A stretch of DNA of 64,000 nucleotides, from the NCBI RefSeq assembly GCF_009914755.1, contig NC_060940.1; one strand, 5' to 3'. Under the pieces are notes generated by a model. The model did not search any database and was not told the DNA's origin. It saw only the letters and a list, made by a program, of their open reading frames with translations. This DNA is from the human T2T-CHM13v2.0 reference genome, Homo sapiens. The stretch's first letter is position 1. Every line of letters starts with the position of its first letter. The translations under genes and the position numbers were made by a program. This document shows, piece by piece, positions 34,760-53,021 of this stretch.

Positions 34760-37330
34760 CCTCCCTGCTCCCTCCCTGCAGCTCCCTGCCCCCCTGCTCC
34801 CCTCCCTGCAGCCCCCCTGCCCCCCCGCTCCCCTCCCTGCAGCCCCCTGCCCCCCCCGCTCCCCTCCCTGCAGCTCCCTGCCCCCCTGCTCCCCTCCCTG
34901 CAGCTCCCTGCCCCCCCTGCTCCCCTCCCTGCAGCTCCCTGCCCCCCGCTCCCCTCCCTGCAGCTCCCTGCCCCCCTGCTCCCCTCCCTGCAGCTCCCTG
35001 CCCCCCCGCTCCCCTCCCTGCAGCTCCCTGCCCCCCCGCTCCCCTCCCTGCAGCTCCCTGCCCCCCCGCTCCCCTCCCTGCAGCCCCCTGCCCCCCCGCT
35101 CCCCTCCCTGCAGCCCCCTGCCCCCCCGCTCCCCTCCCTGCAGCCCCCTGCCCCCCCGCTCCCCTCCCTGCAGCTCCCTGCCCCCCCTGCTCCCCTCCCT
35201 GCAGCCCCCTGCCCCCCCGCTCCCCTCCCTGCAGCTCCCTGCCCCCCCGCTCCCCTCCCTGCAGCCCCCTGCCCCCCCGCTCCCCTCCCTGTAGCCCCCT
35301 GCCCCCCCTGCTCCCCTCCCTGCAGCTCCCTGCCCCCCCGCTCCCCTCCCTGTAGCCCCCTGCCCCCCCTGCTCCCCTCCCTGCAGCCCCCTGCCCCCCC
35401 GCTCCCCTCCCTGTAGCCCCCTGCCCCCCCTGCTCCCCTCCCTGCAGCTCCCTGCCCCCCCGCTCCCCTCCCTGTAGCCCCCTGCCCCCCCGCTCCCCTC
35501 CCTGCAGCTCCCTGCCCCCCCTGCTCCCCTCCCTGCAGCTCCCTGCCCCCCCGCTCCCCTCCCTGCAGCCCCCTGCCCCCCCGCTCCCCTCCCTGCAGCT
35601 CCCTGCCCCCCCGCTCCCCTCCCTGCAGCCCCCTGCCCCCCCGCTCCCCTCCCTGCAGCTCCCTGCCCCCCCTGCTCCCCTCCCTGCAGCCCCCTGCCCC
35701 CCCCGCTCCCCTCCCTGCAGCTCCCTGCCCCCCCTGCTCCCCTCCCTGCAGCTCCATGCCCCCCGCTCCCCTCCCTGCAGCTCCCTGCCCCCCCGCTCCC
35801 CTCCCTGCAGCCCCCTGCCCCCCTGCTCCCCTCCCTGCAGCTCCCTGCCCCCCCGCTCCCCTCCCTGCAGCTCCCTGCCCCCCCTGCTCCCCTCCCTGCA
35901 GCCCCCTGCCCCCCCCGCTCCCCTCCCTGCAGCTCCCTGCCCCCCCTGCTCCCCTCCCTGCAGCTCCATGCCCCCCGCTCCCCTCCCTGCAGCTCCCTGC
36001 CCCCCCGCTCCCCTCCCTGCAGCCCCCTGCCCCCCTGCTCCCCTCCCTGCAGCCCCCTGCCCCCCGCTCCCCTCCCTGCAGCCCCCTGCCCCCCCTGCTC
36101 CCCTCCCTGCAGCTCCCTGCCCCCCCGCTCCCCTCCCTGCAGCTCCCTGCCCCCCCGCTCCCCTCCCTGCAGCCCCCTGCCCCCCCGCTCCCCTCCCTGC
36201 AGCTCCCTGCCCCCCCTGCTCCCCTCCCTGCAGCTCCATGCCCCCCGCTCCCCTCCCTGCAGCTCCCTGCCCCCCCGCTCCCCTCCCTGCAGCCCCCTGC
36301 CCCCCTGCTCCCCTCCCTGCAGCCCCCTGCCCCCCGCTCCCCTCCCTGCAGCCCCCTGCCCCCCCTGCTCCCCTCCCTGCAGCTCCCTGCCCCCCCGCTC
36401 CCCTCCCTGCAGCTCCCTGCCCCCCCGCTCCCCTCCCTGCAGCCCCCTGCCCCCCCTGCTCCCCTCCCTGCAGCTCCCTGCCCCCCCGCTCCCCTCCCTG
36501 CAGCTCCCTGCCCCCCCGCTCCCCTCCCTGCAGCCCCCTGCCCCCCCTGCTCCCCTCCCTGCAGCCCCCTGCCCCCCCGCTCCCCTCCCTGCAGCCCCCT
36601 GCCCCCCTGCTCCCCTCCCTGCAGCCCCCTGCCCCCCCGCTCCCCTCCCTGCAGCCCCCTGCCCCCCTGCTCCCCTCCCTGCAGCTCCATGCCCCCCGCT
36701 CCCCTCCCTGCAGCTCCCTGCCCCCCTGCTCCCCTCCCTGCAGCCCCCCTGCCCCCCCGCTCCCCTCCCTGCAGCCCCCTGCCCCCCTGCTCCCCTCCCT
36801 GCAGCTCCCTGCCCCCCCTGCTCCCCTCCCTGCAGCCCCCCTGCCCCCCCGCTCCCCTCCCTGCAGCCCCCTGCCCCCCTGCTCCCCTCCCTGCAGCTCC
36901 ATGCCCCCCGCTCCCCTCCCTGCAGCTCCCTGCCCCCCTGCTCCCCTGTCTGCAGCCCCCTGCCCCCCTGCTCCCCTCCCTGCAGCTCCCTGCCCCCCTG
37001 CTCCCCTCTCTGCAGCCCGCTTTCCCCCTGCTCCCCCCGCTCCCCTCCCTGCAGCCCCCTGCTCCCTCTGCTCCCCTCCCTGTAGCTCCCTGCAGCCCCC
37101 TGCTCCCCTCCCTGCACCCCTTTTGCCCCCTGCTCCCCTCCCTGTAGCCCCCTGCACTCCCTTCACCCCCTCCCTGCAGCCTGCTGTGCCCCCTGCTCCC
37201 CTCCCTGCAGCCCCCTGCACCCCCTCCCTGCAGCGCCCTGTGCCCCCCACTCCCCTCCCTGCAGCCCCCTGCGTCCCCTCGCTCCCCTCTCTGCAGCCCC
37301 CTGTGCCCCCTCCCCTCTCTGCAGCCCCCA
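34760..37330. repeat. About 30-bp C-rich minisatellite, about 85 copies
   Basis: Unit GCTCCCCTCCCTGCAGC(T/C)CCCTGCCCCCC(C/T). Confidence 0.97.
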
Positions 37331-38169
37331 CTGTTCCTCCCACTGCTGCCCATCATTGGCTGCTTGAAAATGTCAGACTCCAAGGGCCCCTGTGACTAGC
37401 CCAGCAGCAGCCCTAGGTCTCCACCCTGCCTTGGGTGGGGTCCGGGATAGGCCTGGCCTCCCCCCGCCTGCTTGAACCCACTGAGTATGCCCCCCTCCCG
37501 CCGCAACCTCAGAATTCCAAAGCCAGCCTGGTCTCCAGCTCAGTGCGGTCCACACGCAGACCCTCCTTGGATTTCGAAAGCCCGTGTGGCTTTGCCAGAG
37601 GACATTCCAATCCTCGATTGTGGCTGGGGATGGAGGGAGATCAACCCATCGCACTTACAGATAAAGAAACTGAGGACGGAGTTTGTCCCAACTCCGGGGC
37701 CAGGGTCAGTGTCCTCCGAGGGAGTCAGGGAGGTGGCTGGGGTCTGCCAGTGGGGGGGACACACGACCTGGGACCCCCAGGCCACTTGAGACTCTCTGGG
37801 CTCGTTGGGCTGGGCCCAAGCTCCCAGGCCCCCTCCTCTCCATTTCTCAACCTGCTGCCACCTAAGGCAGATACCCTACACTACTGCCTGGGGGGCCTCA
37901 AAGGGTGATCACCCAGCACAAGCTCTCCTGCCTGGCCTGGGACCGAGAGTCCCAGAAGCCCCTGGGCTGGCCGGATGCTCAAGGCCTCACTGAGGGCATG
38001 CGTATCTTCGGAAACAAGAACCAGCTGACATGTGTGAGGCTTTAGCCCGGCTCTCCCTGGGGTACTGTGCGAGCCCTCAAGGAGGTGGCTGTTCTGTAGC
38101 TGGAGAGCTCCGTGGGTGGCAGGACTGAACTTGAACACCAGAAACAACCCCCAAGCCTTGTGACCTGGG

Positions 38170-38243
38170 AGGCAGGAGGCGGGTCTGTCTCCCTGGGACT
38201 TGGGTGGCTGAGCCGAGGTACTCGGGACCCTGTCCCGCGCATG
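38170..38243 (+). other. DPEP1: Candidate proximal non-coding first exon of DPEP1 (TSS approximate)
   Basis: Ends CGCGCATG|GTGAGT (consensus donor); GC box GGAGGCGGG at about 38175; resembles the DPEP1 mRNA 5' leader as I recall it. Confidence 0.65.
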
Positions 38244-39970
38244 GTGAGTCTCGGGGAGCGGGGAGCCGGGAGCCAGGGGTTGTGGTTTTGGGGAGCGTGC
38301 AGCCAGGTTGAGGCCCAGGGCTGTAATGAGGGCGGAAAGCCCCTCTCCTCTCTGACTGCCTGTGATCCACCGTCAGCGAGGGAGAACCTCAGAGAGTAGG
38401 CATCTACAGCATAGCATGGAGCACCATCACAGGCAATGAAGGGCGAGAGTCTCAGAGGATGGAACCGGGTGGGGGGCCTCAGCTCGTGCCATCACGGGCA
38501 GTGAAGGGTGAGGCTCTCAGAGGATGGAACCGGCGGGGGCCTCAGCTCCAGGCAGGGGTGAGAGGGTGGCTTCTGGGGTGACTGTGTCTGGAGGATGGGG
38601 TAGCAAGGGTGGGGAGGCCAGGCTGAGGGGCCCTGACCTCATGGGAGCTGGGAGCCTGTTGGGAAGTCCCTGAGAAGTGCTTCACTGGGATTCACTGGGA
38701 GGAAGAGCTCGCGCCCTGGTGCAGATGTGGGCTGTGGGGGATCAGAGTGGTGGGGGCAACCGTGGGGGGCCTGGGCAGGGTGAGGAGGGATGTGGGGAAG
38801 CCACCAGCCTCAGGGTGGGCTGGACGCTGGGAGGGAGGCGTTGGGGGCAGAAGTGGGGTGCCGGCCTTACGGCTGGGCCTGCAGATTGAGGGGCCTGTGG
38901 ACTCCCCCAGTGCAGACATCAGCCTGGTCAGGAGCCAGAAGAGAGAGTCCGGGGCTGCTGAGCCTGCTGTGAGCCACCGGGGCCTCCCACGGAGAGAGAC
39001 AGGGCCGGGCTCCCCGTGGAGCTGCAGGCTCCCGATGTTCCCTTCTCAAGGCTTATTTGGGGGCCTCTGTGCCAGGCCCCATGGGTGGTCAGATGGGCCC
39101 CACGCTGAGTGTGGGCTCCCGTCCCTCGCACATGCAAGGAAGGGCTCAGGTGAGCAGGTGCGCGTGTGCGGCTCACCTGTGCATGCACGTGTGTCTGTGT
39201 GCACGTGGAGGTATCTGAGTGTGCGTTTACTCATCCCGTGGGAAAGTCTGCACATGTCTGTTCTAGGTACGCGGACGTATCTGACCGTGTGGGCTTGCGA
39301 TGCGCCCAGGTGTTCTCGTCTGCGATGATCTGTGTGTGGGGGGCGTGGGTAGGTCCGCATTGCCTGTGGCTGCCTGTGCAGAAGTGGTATCATCCGAAAT
39401 GGCCACGGTGGCGTCTGCATGTTGGCTGTGGATGGGGCTTCTGTGTGGTTCTGGGAGACAGAGCTGGGTGGAAACACAGACATCACTGTCGAGGCTGTCA
39501 CCTGCGTCTCGACAGAGCCGAGTCAGCACCACCCTGTGAGGAGAGCGTGTGGGGTGGGGCCTCGGTGCACCCATCTCTGGAGATGGACCCAGGACTCTCA
39601 TGCAGGAGCCCACACTCTTCACAGAGCACTGCTCCCACCCCGAGGGGTCTCCTAGCAACGCTTCTCTAAACATTAGCTTTCGGGGCCAGGACTACTAACC
39701 CCAGCTCTCTCCCTAAGCCTCACTATGGCCAGGGGAGGGGAGAGGCAGGAGGGCCTGGGCAGGACAAAGGACCCTGGTCAGTCGGGGACATGAAAGACGC
39801 ACAACCAGAACCGGTGGAAGAAACAGAATTAAACACACCCTGAACCTTTCCCACCGCAACTCTGCCGGCTGCACCCTCTGGGTCAAGATGTGAGGTAAGG
39901 CACAAGCATTTCCTCCTGCTCCTGTCCACGAAGGTGAGAGGAAAGGAATTAGAAAAGAATAACGCACTCG

Positions 39971-40373
<403 letters not shown>

Positions 40374-41644
40374 TCACTGGGAACGTTCCAGGGTGTTCCA
40401 GCGAGAGACCAGGGAGCCAGAGAGGAGCTCAGCTCAGACGTTGCAGGCACGATGGGCCGGGAGTGAGGAAGACGCTGAGGTCGGGGTTTGTTCCCAATTG
40501 GAAGAACTGGCCCCAGGACCACCCAGACAGACACACCACCCTAACCCCCACACAGCCAGAGGAAGGTCAGGAGGCCCTTCCCTAAACATGTTTTTGAGAA
40601 TCGAGGTAGCTATTTTTAAAAATGCTGCTGGGCGTGGTGGCAGTTGCTTTAAAAGGAGCTGCTGTGGACCCAGCTACTTGGGAGGCTGAGGTGGGAGGAT
40701 CGCTTGAGCCTGGGAGTTGGAGTCCAGCCTGGGCAGCATAGCAAAACCCCATCTCGTAAAAAAAAAAAAATGCTCATGCCTTCCGGCTTCAAGGGCCCTG
40801 GTAACCGGGCATCTCCGGAGCTCGCCCCACACAAAGCCTGGGGTTGAGAGCCCGCTCACACATACGGCACGGCCCACCTTGCTGTTGCTTTATTTTTAAA
40901 TATGAAATTTGTAGTGACAAAGATTGCCCGCTGCCAAGGGAAGTCTGCAAACCCAACAGAAGGTCCAGATGAACAATGGGAGACGCGTCTGCATTCCGTT
41001 TGGTAAACCTCAGAAGAGAACAGAGTGTAGCTGAGTCCAAGCAGATCTGCTTCCCTGACGGGAGCGGGGCGGAAAAGAACACAGCAAACCTTGGAAACCG
41101 CCCTCCGGAGACCAGACGCACAACCCCCAAGAAAACACGAAAGAACCGTGCTGGGAGACAAAACAGAGGAAATGGAGTGCACAGGATAAGCAGGAAGAAA
41201 GCCAGGACAGGAGGCAGAAAGGAAGCTCAGACAGTGCAACCCCTGCCTGAAACCCTGGCCAGACGGAGCTCAGAAAGGAGGGGAAGAAGAGGGATACGGG
41301 CGACTGGAAATTCCCTGGACCGGAGGCAGAGGAAACGCTCCAGGGAGTGAAAAAGCCTCACACTAAAGCACGTGGCTGAGAAGTCGTGGCGCTCCGAGGA
41401 AAGAGGCAGCTCCAGGCCTGGAGGGAACAGCGGTTGCCCACACACAGCCGGGCCCATCCACCACACATGCACAGACGGACTGTGGTGCGGTCACCTCCTG
41501 AGGGACAAAGGTTTCCCGCCCAAAGTGCACATCCAGAGAAACTACTGATGAGGGCAGAATAAAGACAGACAGGAGGACTGGGGAGTGAATTCCTGCCGAC
41601 CCGCTGCTAGGGAATGGTTGCAGGGCCAACTCTAATGGAATAGG

Positions 41645-42967
<1,323 letters not shown>

Positions 42968-43648
42968 GGACTATAAACCAAACAAAGGTGGAAGACCTTC
43001 AGTGCAGGCATTAAGTGAGCACTGACATTCCAGGCTGGGAGTAGCAGGTTGGACGAGGGGAGGCTCTGGGGGCAGGGAGGGAGGTTGCAGAGTCCAGAGC
43101 TTGGAAGATGGAAGATAAGGGCACCCAGTGTAGGGCAGGAGAAGAAAGGCAACTGGAAACTCTGGGACAAACTATAAAACCCCACGGAAAAGACAGGTGT
43201 AAGGTGACTACCTTGATCCGAGGGTGATCTGAGTGGCTGGTACCTTTGTGCTCACAGCAGGACTGTCGTAAAGTAGGTACATCCATGACTTCTACTTGAC
43301 AGACGAAGAGACTGAGGCCGAGAAATTGAACCAGCTCACCCACGCTGCCCTTGAACGGTGGTCGTGAGAGGGGAACCCACAGCCTACCAGGACACGGGGC
43401 CCTGCCCAACCCCCAGGACGCCCTCGTGTTGAATTAAGTCCGTGGCTTTGAGCCTCAGAAACGGTGCAAAATGCAGTCCACGCGTGGCTTTCGGCCCCGG
43501 TCTGGTGCTCGGAAGACATGTGCCTCCCTCTACCTGCCCCCCGTCCTCCCGCCACTGTGAGGCCCTGAGAGGCCCTGAGATTCTTGCGATGTGTGAATAA
43601 GGGTGCCGCATTTTCATGTTGCACTGGGCACTGAATGGTGGAGCTGAG

Positions 43649-46069
<2,421 letters not shown>

Positions 46070-46284
46070 GTGGCCTCAAGTTCTCTCCTTAGTGGCACCT
46101 GAGGGAGTGTGGTGCTCTTGGAAATGCTCTCCTGTCACTCAGTTTCTGCCTCTGAAGCGACAAGCAGAACATGGATGTTCTCAGAGTCCAGGGCTGTGTA
46201 GATAGTATTGGAGCTGAAGGCAAAAGGAAAAATCAGAATATTGGGCCTGTCTTTATTTTAAAGGTTTGTGGGGGAGGGGGGGCG

Positions 46285-46950
46285 GTTTGTGTTTTGTTTG
46301 TTTGTTTTTCTGAGATGGAGTCTTGATCTGTTGCCCAGGCTGAAGTGCAGTGGCATGATCTTGGCTCACAGCAACCTCCGCCTCCCGGGTTCAAGTGATT
46401 CTCCTGCCTCAGCCTCCTGAGTAGCTGGGACTACAGGTGCGCACCACCATGCCCAGCTAATTTTTGTCTTTTTAATACAGAGAGGGTTTCACCATATTGG
46501 CCAGGCTTGTCTTGAACTCCTGACCTCAAGTGATCCATCCGCTTCGGCCTCCCAAAGTGCTGGGATTATAGGCGTGAATGACTGTGCCCAGCTATTTTAA
46601 AGTTTTATACTTTGTTCATTATGGATTTTTTTTACATGAATTCTGATTTTTTTAAAATATTGAATGAAAATACGATTTATCATGACCTGGGCATGGTGGC
46701 TCATGCCTGTAATCCCCGCAGTTTGAGAGGCCAAAGCAGGCAGGTTTGCTTGAGGCCAGGAGTTCGAGACCAGCCTGGGAAACATGGGGAAGACCCCATC
46801 TCTACAAAAAATACAAAAATTAGCCAGACGTGGTGGTGCACGCCTGTGGTCCCAGCTACTCAGGAGGCTCAGGCAGGAGGGTTGCTTGGGCCCAGGAGGT
46901 GCAGGTTGCAGTGAGCCGAGAGGGAGCCACTGTCCTCCAGCTGGGGCGAT
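46285..46950. mobile_element. Alu(-) 46285-46592 and AluJ-like(+) 46685-46950
   Basis: Alu motifs. Confidence 0.85.
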
Positions 46951-47876
46951 CCTCCTTCCCTGCCGGGCTCCCCCCACCCCCCCCGAAGCCTCTGACCAGT
47001 TTTCCCTCCTGCTCCTCCCAGCAGGCCTGGTTTAGCCCCAGTGCTCAGCCCACTGTCCCCCAGAACCCCAGACACCACCCAGCCCTGGGATTAAGATTCT
47101 TCCGTCAGGGCACCACCTGGGAACTGTGTGCCCAGGAGCCCTCGGGCGACTTGAATGTGCTCTGCTGAGTCCTAGAGAGGCCCCGGTTCTAAGGACGTGT
47201 CTAGCTGCTTGGCCTGAAGCTCTGTAGCTGGAGTGTGGGTCCCTGTGACGCTGGAGGGCTGCAGGCCGGGGGTGCGGACCCCTCAGCAACAGGGCAGGCG
47301 CCAGGGGCACACCTGGCTGTGCAGCAGCTTCCTGGAACGCCCTAATGTTTATCCCCCATGGCAAGTCACGTAAGATGATTTTTACGTGGAAAGGGGTGCT
47401 TTATGAGAATGCACTATTTGAATGACTGTTGTCTTGCTTGCAGATCTAGGCCCCCGGGTCCTGAGGGAGGTGGTAGTAATAACAGTAGCACAGCTGGAGC
47501 CAACAGCCACTCACCACTCATCTGGGCCTGCTCTCAGCCTGCTGTCCTTTCATCTGGGCTCTAGCTCCACCCCTGGGTCTGGGATCCCAGCTTCTTACTA
47601 TGCCTCCGCCTAGCCCAGACAGCAACGCCCAGTCATTGAGTGTCCGGCCTTCCATCCTACCCACCCTGGTGGGGAATGTGCTGGTTACTTATTGAACATG
47701 GGAAGCTATAAACAGGAGAGCAGCCACCTGTCATCACTTCCACCCACACCTCTGGTGCCTCTCCTGGCAGGCAGAGTGGCTCCTCACAGCCTGAAGCTCA
47801 TCCTTCTGCACGGGCCAGCCAGGCCAGCACAGAGGCACCAGGGCAGCAGTGCACACAGGTCCCCGGGGACCCCACC

Positions 47877-47980
47877 ATGTGGAGCGGATGGTGGCTGTGG
47901 CCCCTTGTGGCCGTCTGCACTGCAGACTTCTTTCGGGACGAGGCAGAGAGGATCATGAGGGACTCCCCTGTCATTGATGG
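47877..47980 (+). CDS. DPEP1: Dipeptidase 1 first coding exon (signal peptide [16 protein letters not shown]...); the exon begins at 47771
   Basis: CCACCATG Kozak context; GG|gtgagt donor; recognisable DPEP1 N-terminus. Confidence 0.96.
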
Positions 47981-48024
47981 GTGAGTGCTCACCTGAGCCA
48001 GGTGCTTAGGGAACCAGGACTGGG

Positions 48025-48256
48025 AACTGGGGCTGGGAGAGCGGGGCTGGGGGAGCTGGGGCTGGGGGAGCGGGGCTGGGGGAGCCAGGGCTGGGGGTGC
48101 CGGGGCTGGGGGTGCCGGGGCTGGGGGAGCCGGGGTTGGGGGTGCCGGGGCTGGGGGTGCCGGGGCTGGGGGAGCCGGGGCTGGGGGTGCCGGGGCTGGG
48201 GGTGCCGGGGCTGGGGGAGTTTGGCCTGGGGAGTTGGGGCTGGGGGAGCTGGGGGT
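48025..48256. repeat. 15-bp G-rich repeat (GGGGCTGGGGGTGCC)n
   Basis: Seen directly, starting about 45 nt after the donor. Confidence 0.9.
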
Positions 48257-49043
48257 GAGACTCGTGTGTGCTTGGCTTGGGGCTCAGTTTCTCTGGGGGT
48301 GAGACTCGTGTGCCCTTGGGTTGGGGCTCAGTTTCAGCTTCTGCGACGGTGCCGGGCCCTTGCCCTTTCCTGGCCCCTGCTGCTTTGTGGGGTCTCTCAG
48401 GGCCCCCAAAGACTTCAGCGGATGAAGGTCTGCAGGGACTGGGCAGGAAGGAGGCAAGGCCACACTCCCTGGTCCCGAAGCTCAGAGTGAGGTCTGAGCC
48501 TGCGGACGTGGAGGCCCTGCGCCCCAATCTCACCCTGTGCCTCAGCTTCTCCCAAAAGCAGCAGGTGCGGGTGGCACCCTACAGGCCCTCTCAGCCGGCA
48601 TCTTTTTGGCTCTCTTCCCACTCCCCCCGGCCTGCCTTCTCCCGGGGGGAGGCCCATGCCACTTGGGCCCTTGCCTGTGCTGCGCTGTGTGCCCACCCGG
48701 CCCCCACCCCCGACCTCGCTGGGGCACCTGGGTCACCTGCTTCTGTCCTGACCTCCTCAGGGCGGAGATCCCCACTGCCCGGGAATCCGACCCTCTTCCC
48801 CGCCCCTTCCTGGCCCAGTGCCCCGACACTGGGTCACCATGGAGGCCTCCTGCTTCCAGGCACCAGACTCAGATCAGGGTCCACACTGGCTCCGCGTTGG
48901 GGTGGGAGGGTCACTGAGAGTCCGCCCTGTGTCTGGCATGGTGTCTCCACCTGGAAAATGCCTCTGGGCTTTGTTGGGGAAAAACTGTGAAAAAAGCAGG
49001 GAAACCCGATGTCTTGTCGCATAAGAACTTCAGGGAACAGTCC

Positions 49044-50405
<1,362 letters not shown>

Positions 50406-51067
50406 GGAGGGGCTGCAGGAGGAGGAGGGAGGGGAGAGCAGAGAGCTGCCCCATTGCAGCCTGTCCCTCCAAGGGCGGCTCCTGGGGTCCTAGGAATCCC
50501 TACCCATCCCAGGCTAATGTCTGAGATGGGCCGCCTGCGTCCTCAGGCCAAGGAGTAAAGTCTCCTGGGAGCCCTGCCCAGCCCCACCCAGGACAGTGCC
50601 CAGTGTAGGGTTGCACCTAGCGATGAGGCTGCTGCCCGGGCAGGGTCCCTGGCTGGAGCTCATGGTTCCCTCAGCAAGTGCGTCCTGACCACCCACTCTG
50701 CTCCGAGGGCTGGGGAGAGGCCCGTGCCAGCCCAGGCTGTCATGTGGACTCGCTGTGGCCAGGGACAACCTCGCTGACGCAGGAGCTTTGGGAGAGACTC
50801 ACACCAGCATCAGGCGTGCGCCCGCCCATCTGCCCAGGGGTGGGGCCGGAAAGCGTGCCAGGCTGGGCTTGGGGGCACTAGCCCAGGGGAGGTCAGGAAC
50901 GACTGGGACCCAGGAAGGGCAGAGCCCTCCCCTTCTTTCCCCTGAGGAGCTCCATGGGTGCATTCGCCTTGGAAAAGCTCATTGCGGGCACATAGATTTG
51001 AGCTGGGTCACAGAAAGCAGAGCCCGCAGCTGGAAATGATTAACAGTTACTCATCTGCCTCTCCCAG

Positions 51068-51263
51068 CTGCCCTCCAAGGAAAGCACCAAGACACCCTCA
51101 TGTTACAGATGGGGAAACTGAGACACAGAGGGAGCTGTCCTCAAGGAGAGCACCAAAACACCCTCATGTTACAGATGGGGAAACTGAGACACAGAGGGAG
51201 CTGTCCTCCAAGGAAGGCACCAAGACACCCTCATGTTACAGATGGGGAAACTGAGGCACAGGG
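51068..51263 (+). repeat. 3 x 66-67 bp tandem repeat of a MIR core
   Basis: TGTTACAGATGGGGAAACTGAG at 51101, 51167, 51234. Confidence 0.85.
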
Positions 51264-51529
51264 ATGGGTCTGGAAACTGCAAGTGGAGGGGCCCCTGTGG
51301 CCTCATCCCAGCGCACACCCTCACAAGGCAGTCCCCCCGAGACAGGGGCACAGCCCACATTACAGGAAGGAGACTGAGGCCCCAGACCCAGTGACGGGGA
51401 AGGGGAACCCTGGGCATTCCCCAGGGTCGGGGGTCAGGCCTCAGCCCCTTCCCATCCTCCTCACAGCCTGGTTGAAACACAGATGAGATCGTAGCCTAGA
51501 GCCTGCCCTGGGCCCCTTAGAGCTGCATT

Positions 51530-51852
51530 TCTATTTTTCTTTTCTCTTCTCTTCTTCTTTTTTTTTTTTTTTTGGAGGGAGTCTCGCTCTGTCGCCCAGG
51601 CTGGAGTGCAGTGGTGCGATCTCGGCTCACTGCAAGCTCTGCCTCCTGGGTTCCTGCCATTGTCCTGCCTCAGCCTCTTGAGTAGCTGGGACTACAGGCA
51701 CCCGCCACCACTCCCGGCTAATTTTTGTATTTTTAGTAGAGACGGGGTTTCACCATGTTAGCCAGGATGATCTCGATCTCCTGACCTTGTGATCTGCCCA
51801 CCTCGGCCTCCCAAAGTGCTGGGATTACAGGCATGAGCCACCCTGCCTGGCC
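51530..51852 (-). mobile_element. Alu
   Basis: Poly-T-led dimer. Confidence 0.93.
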
Positions 51853-51991
51853 TGAGAATTGCATTCCTAACGACAGTGGATTCCCTTTGCTCCTGGTCTC
51901 TGCCAGGCCCTGTTGGGCAGCTGGATTCGGACCCTCTGGGATCCTCACTCAGCCACCAGCTCTGACAGCCCCAGCTCCCCCTTCCTCTGCG

Positions 51992-53021
51992 TTCCCCTTC
52001 CTTCTCCTTTCCCCTTCCTTCTCCTTTCCCTTCCTTCTCCTTTCCCCTTCCTTCTCCTTTCCCTTCCTTCCCTTTCCCTTCCTTCCCTTTCCCCTTCCTT
52101 CCCTTTCCCTTCCTTCTCCTTTCCCTTCCTTCCCTTTCCCTTCCTTCCCTTTCCCTTCCTTCTCCTTTCCCCTTCCTTCTCCTTTCCCTTCCTTCTCCTT
52201 TCCCTTCCTTCTCCTTTCCCTTCCTTCTCCTTTCCCTTCCTTCCCTTTCCCTTCCTTCTCCTTTCCCTTCCTTCCCTTTCCCTTCCTTCCCTTTCCCTTC
52301 CTTCTCCTTTCCCCTTCCTTCTCCTTTCCCTTCCTTCTCCTTTCCCCTTCCTTCTCCTTTCCCTTCCTTCCCTTTCCCTTCCTTCCCTTTCCCCTTCCTT
52401 CCCTTTCCCTTCCTTCTCCTTTCCCTTCCTTCCCTTTCCCTTCCTTCCCTTTCCCTTCCTTCTCCTTTCCCTTCCTTCTCCTTTCCCTTCCTTCTCCTTT
52501 CCCTTCCTTCTCCTTTCCCCTTCCTTCCCTTTCCCCTTCCTTCTCCTTTCCCTTCCTTCTCCTTTCCCTTCCTTCTCCTTTCCCTTCCTTCCCTTTCCCT
52601 TCCTTCTCCTTTCCCTTCCTTCCCTTTCCCCTTCCTTCCCTTTCCCTTCCTTCTCCTTTCCCTTCCTTCTCCTTTCCCTTCCTTCTCCTTTCCCTTCCTT
52701 CTCCTTTCCCTTCCTTCTCCTTTCCCTTCCTTCTCCTTTCCCCTTCCTTCCCTTTCCCTTCCTTCTCCTTTCCCTTCCTTCTCCTTTCCCTTCCTTCTCC
52801 TTTCCCTTCCTTCTCCTTTCCCTTCCTTCTCCTTTCCCTTCCTTCTCCTTTCCCTTCCTTCTCCTTTCCCCTTCCTTCCCTTTCCCTTCCTTCCCTTTCC
52901 CTTCCTTCCCTTTCCCTTCCTTCCCTTTCCCTTCCTTCCCTTTCCCTTCCTTCCCTTTCCCTTCCTTCTCCTTTCCCCTTCCTTCTCCTTTCCCCTTCCT
53001 TCTCCTTTCCCCTTCCTTCTC
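51992..53021. repeat. 1030-nt pure polypyrimidine minisatellite (17-18-bp unit)
   Basis: No A or G seen on the + strand; unit CCCTTCCTTC(T/-)CCTTT. Confidence 0.95.

Noticed and set aside
34634-37395. 827-882 aa ORFs in three minus frames, plus Pro-rich plus-strand ORFs
   Set aside because: Translation of a stop-free 30-bp minisatellite; open in all frames and with no domain content.
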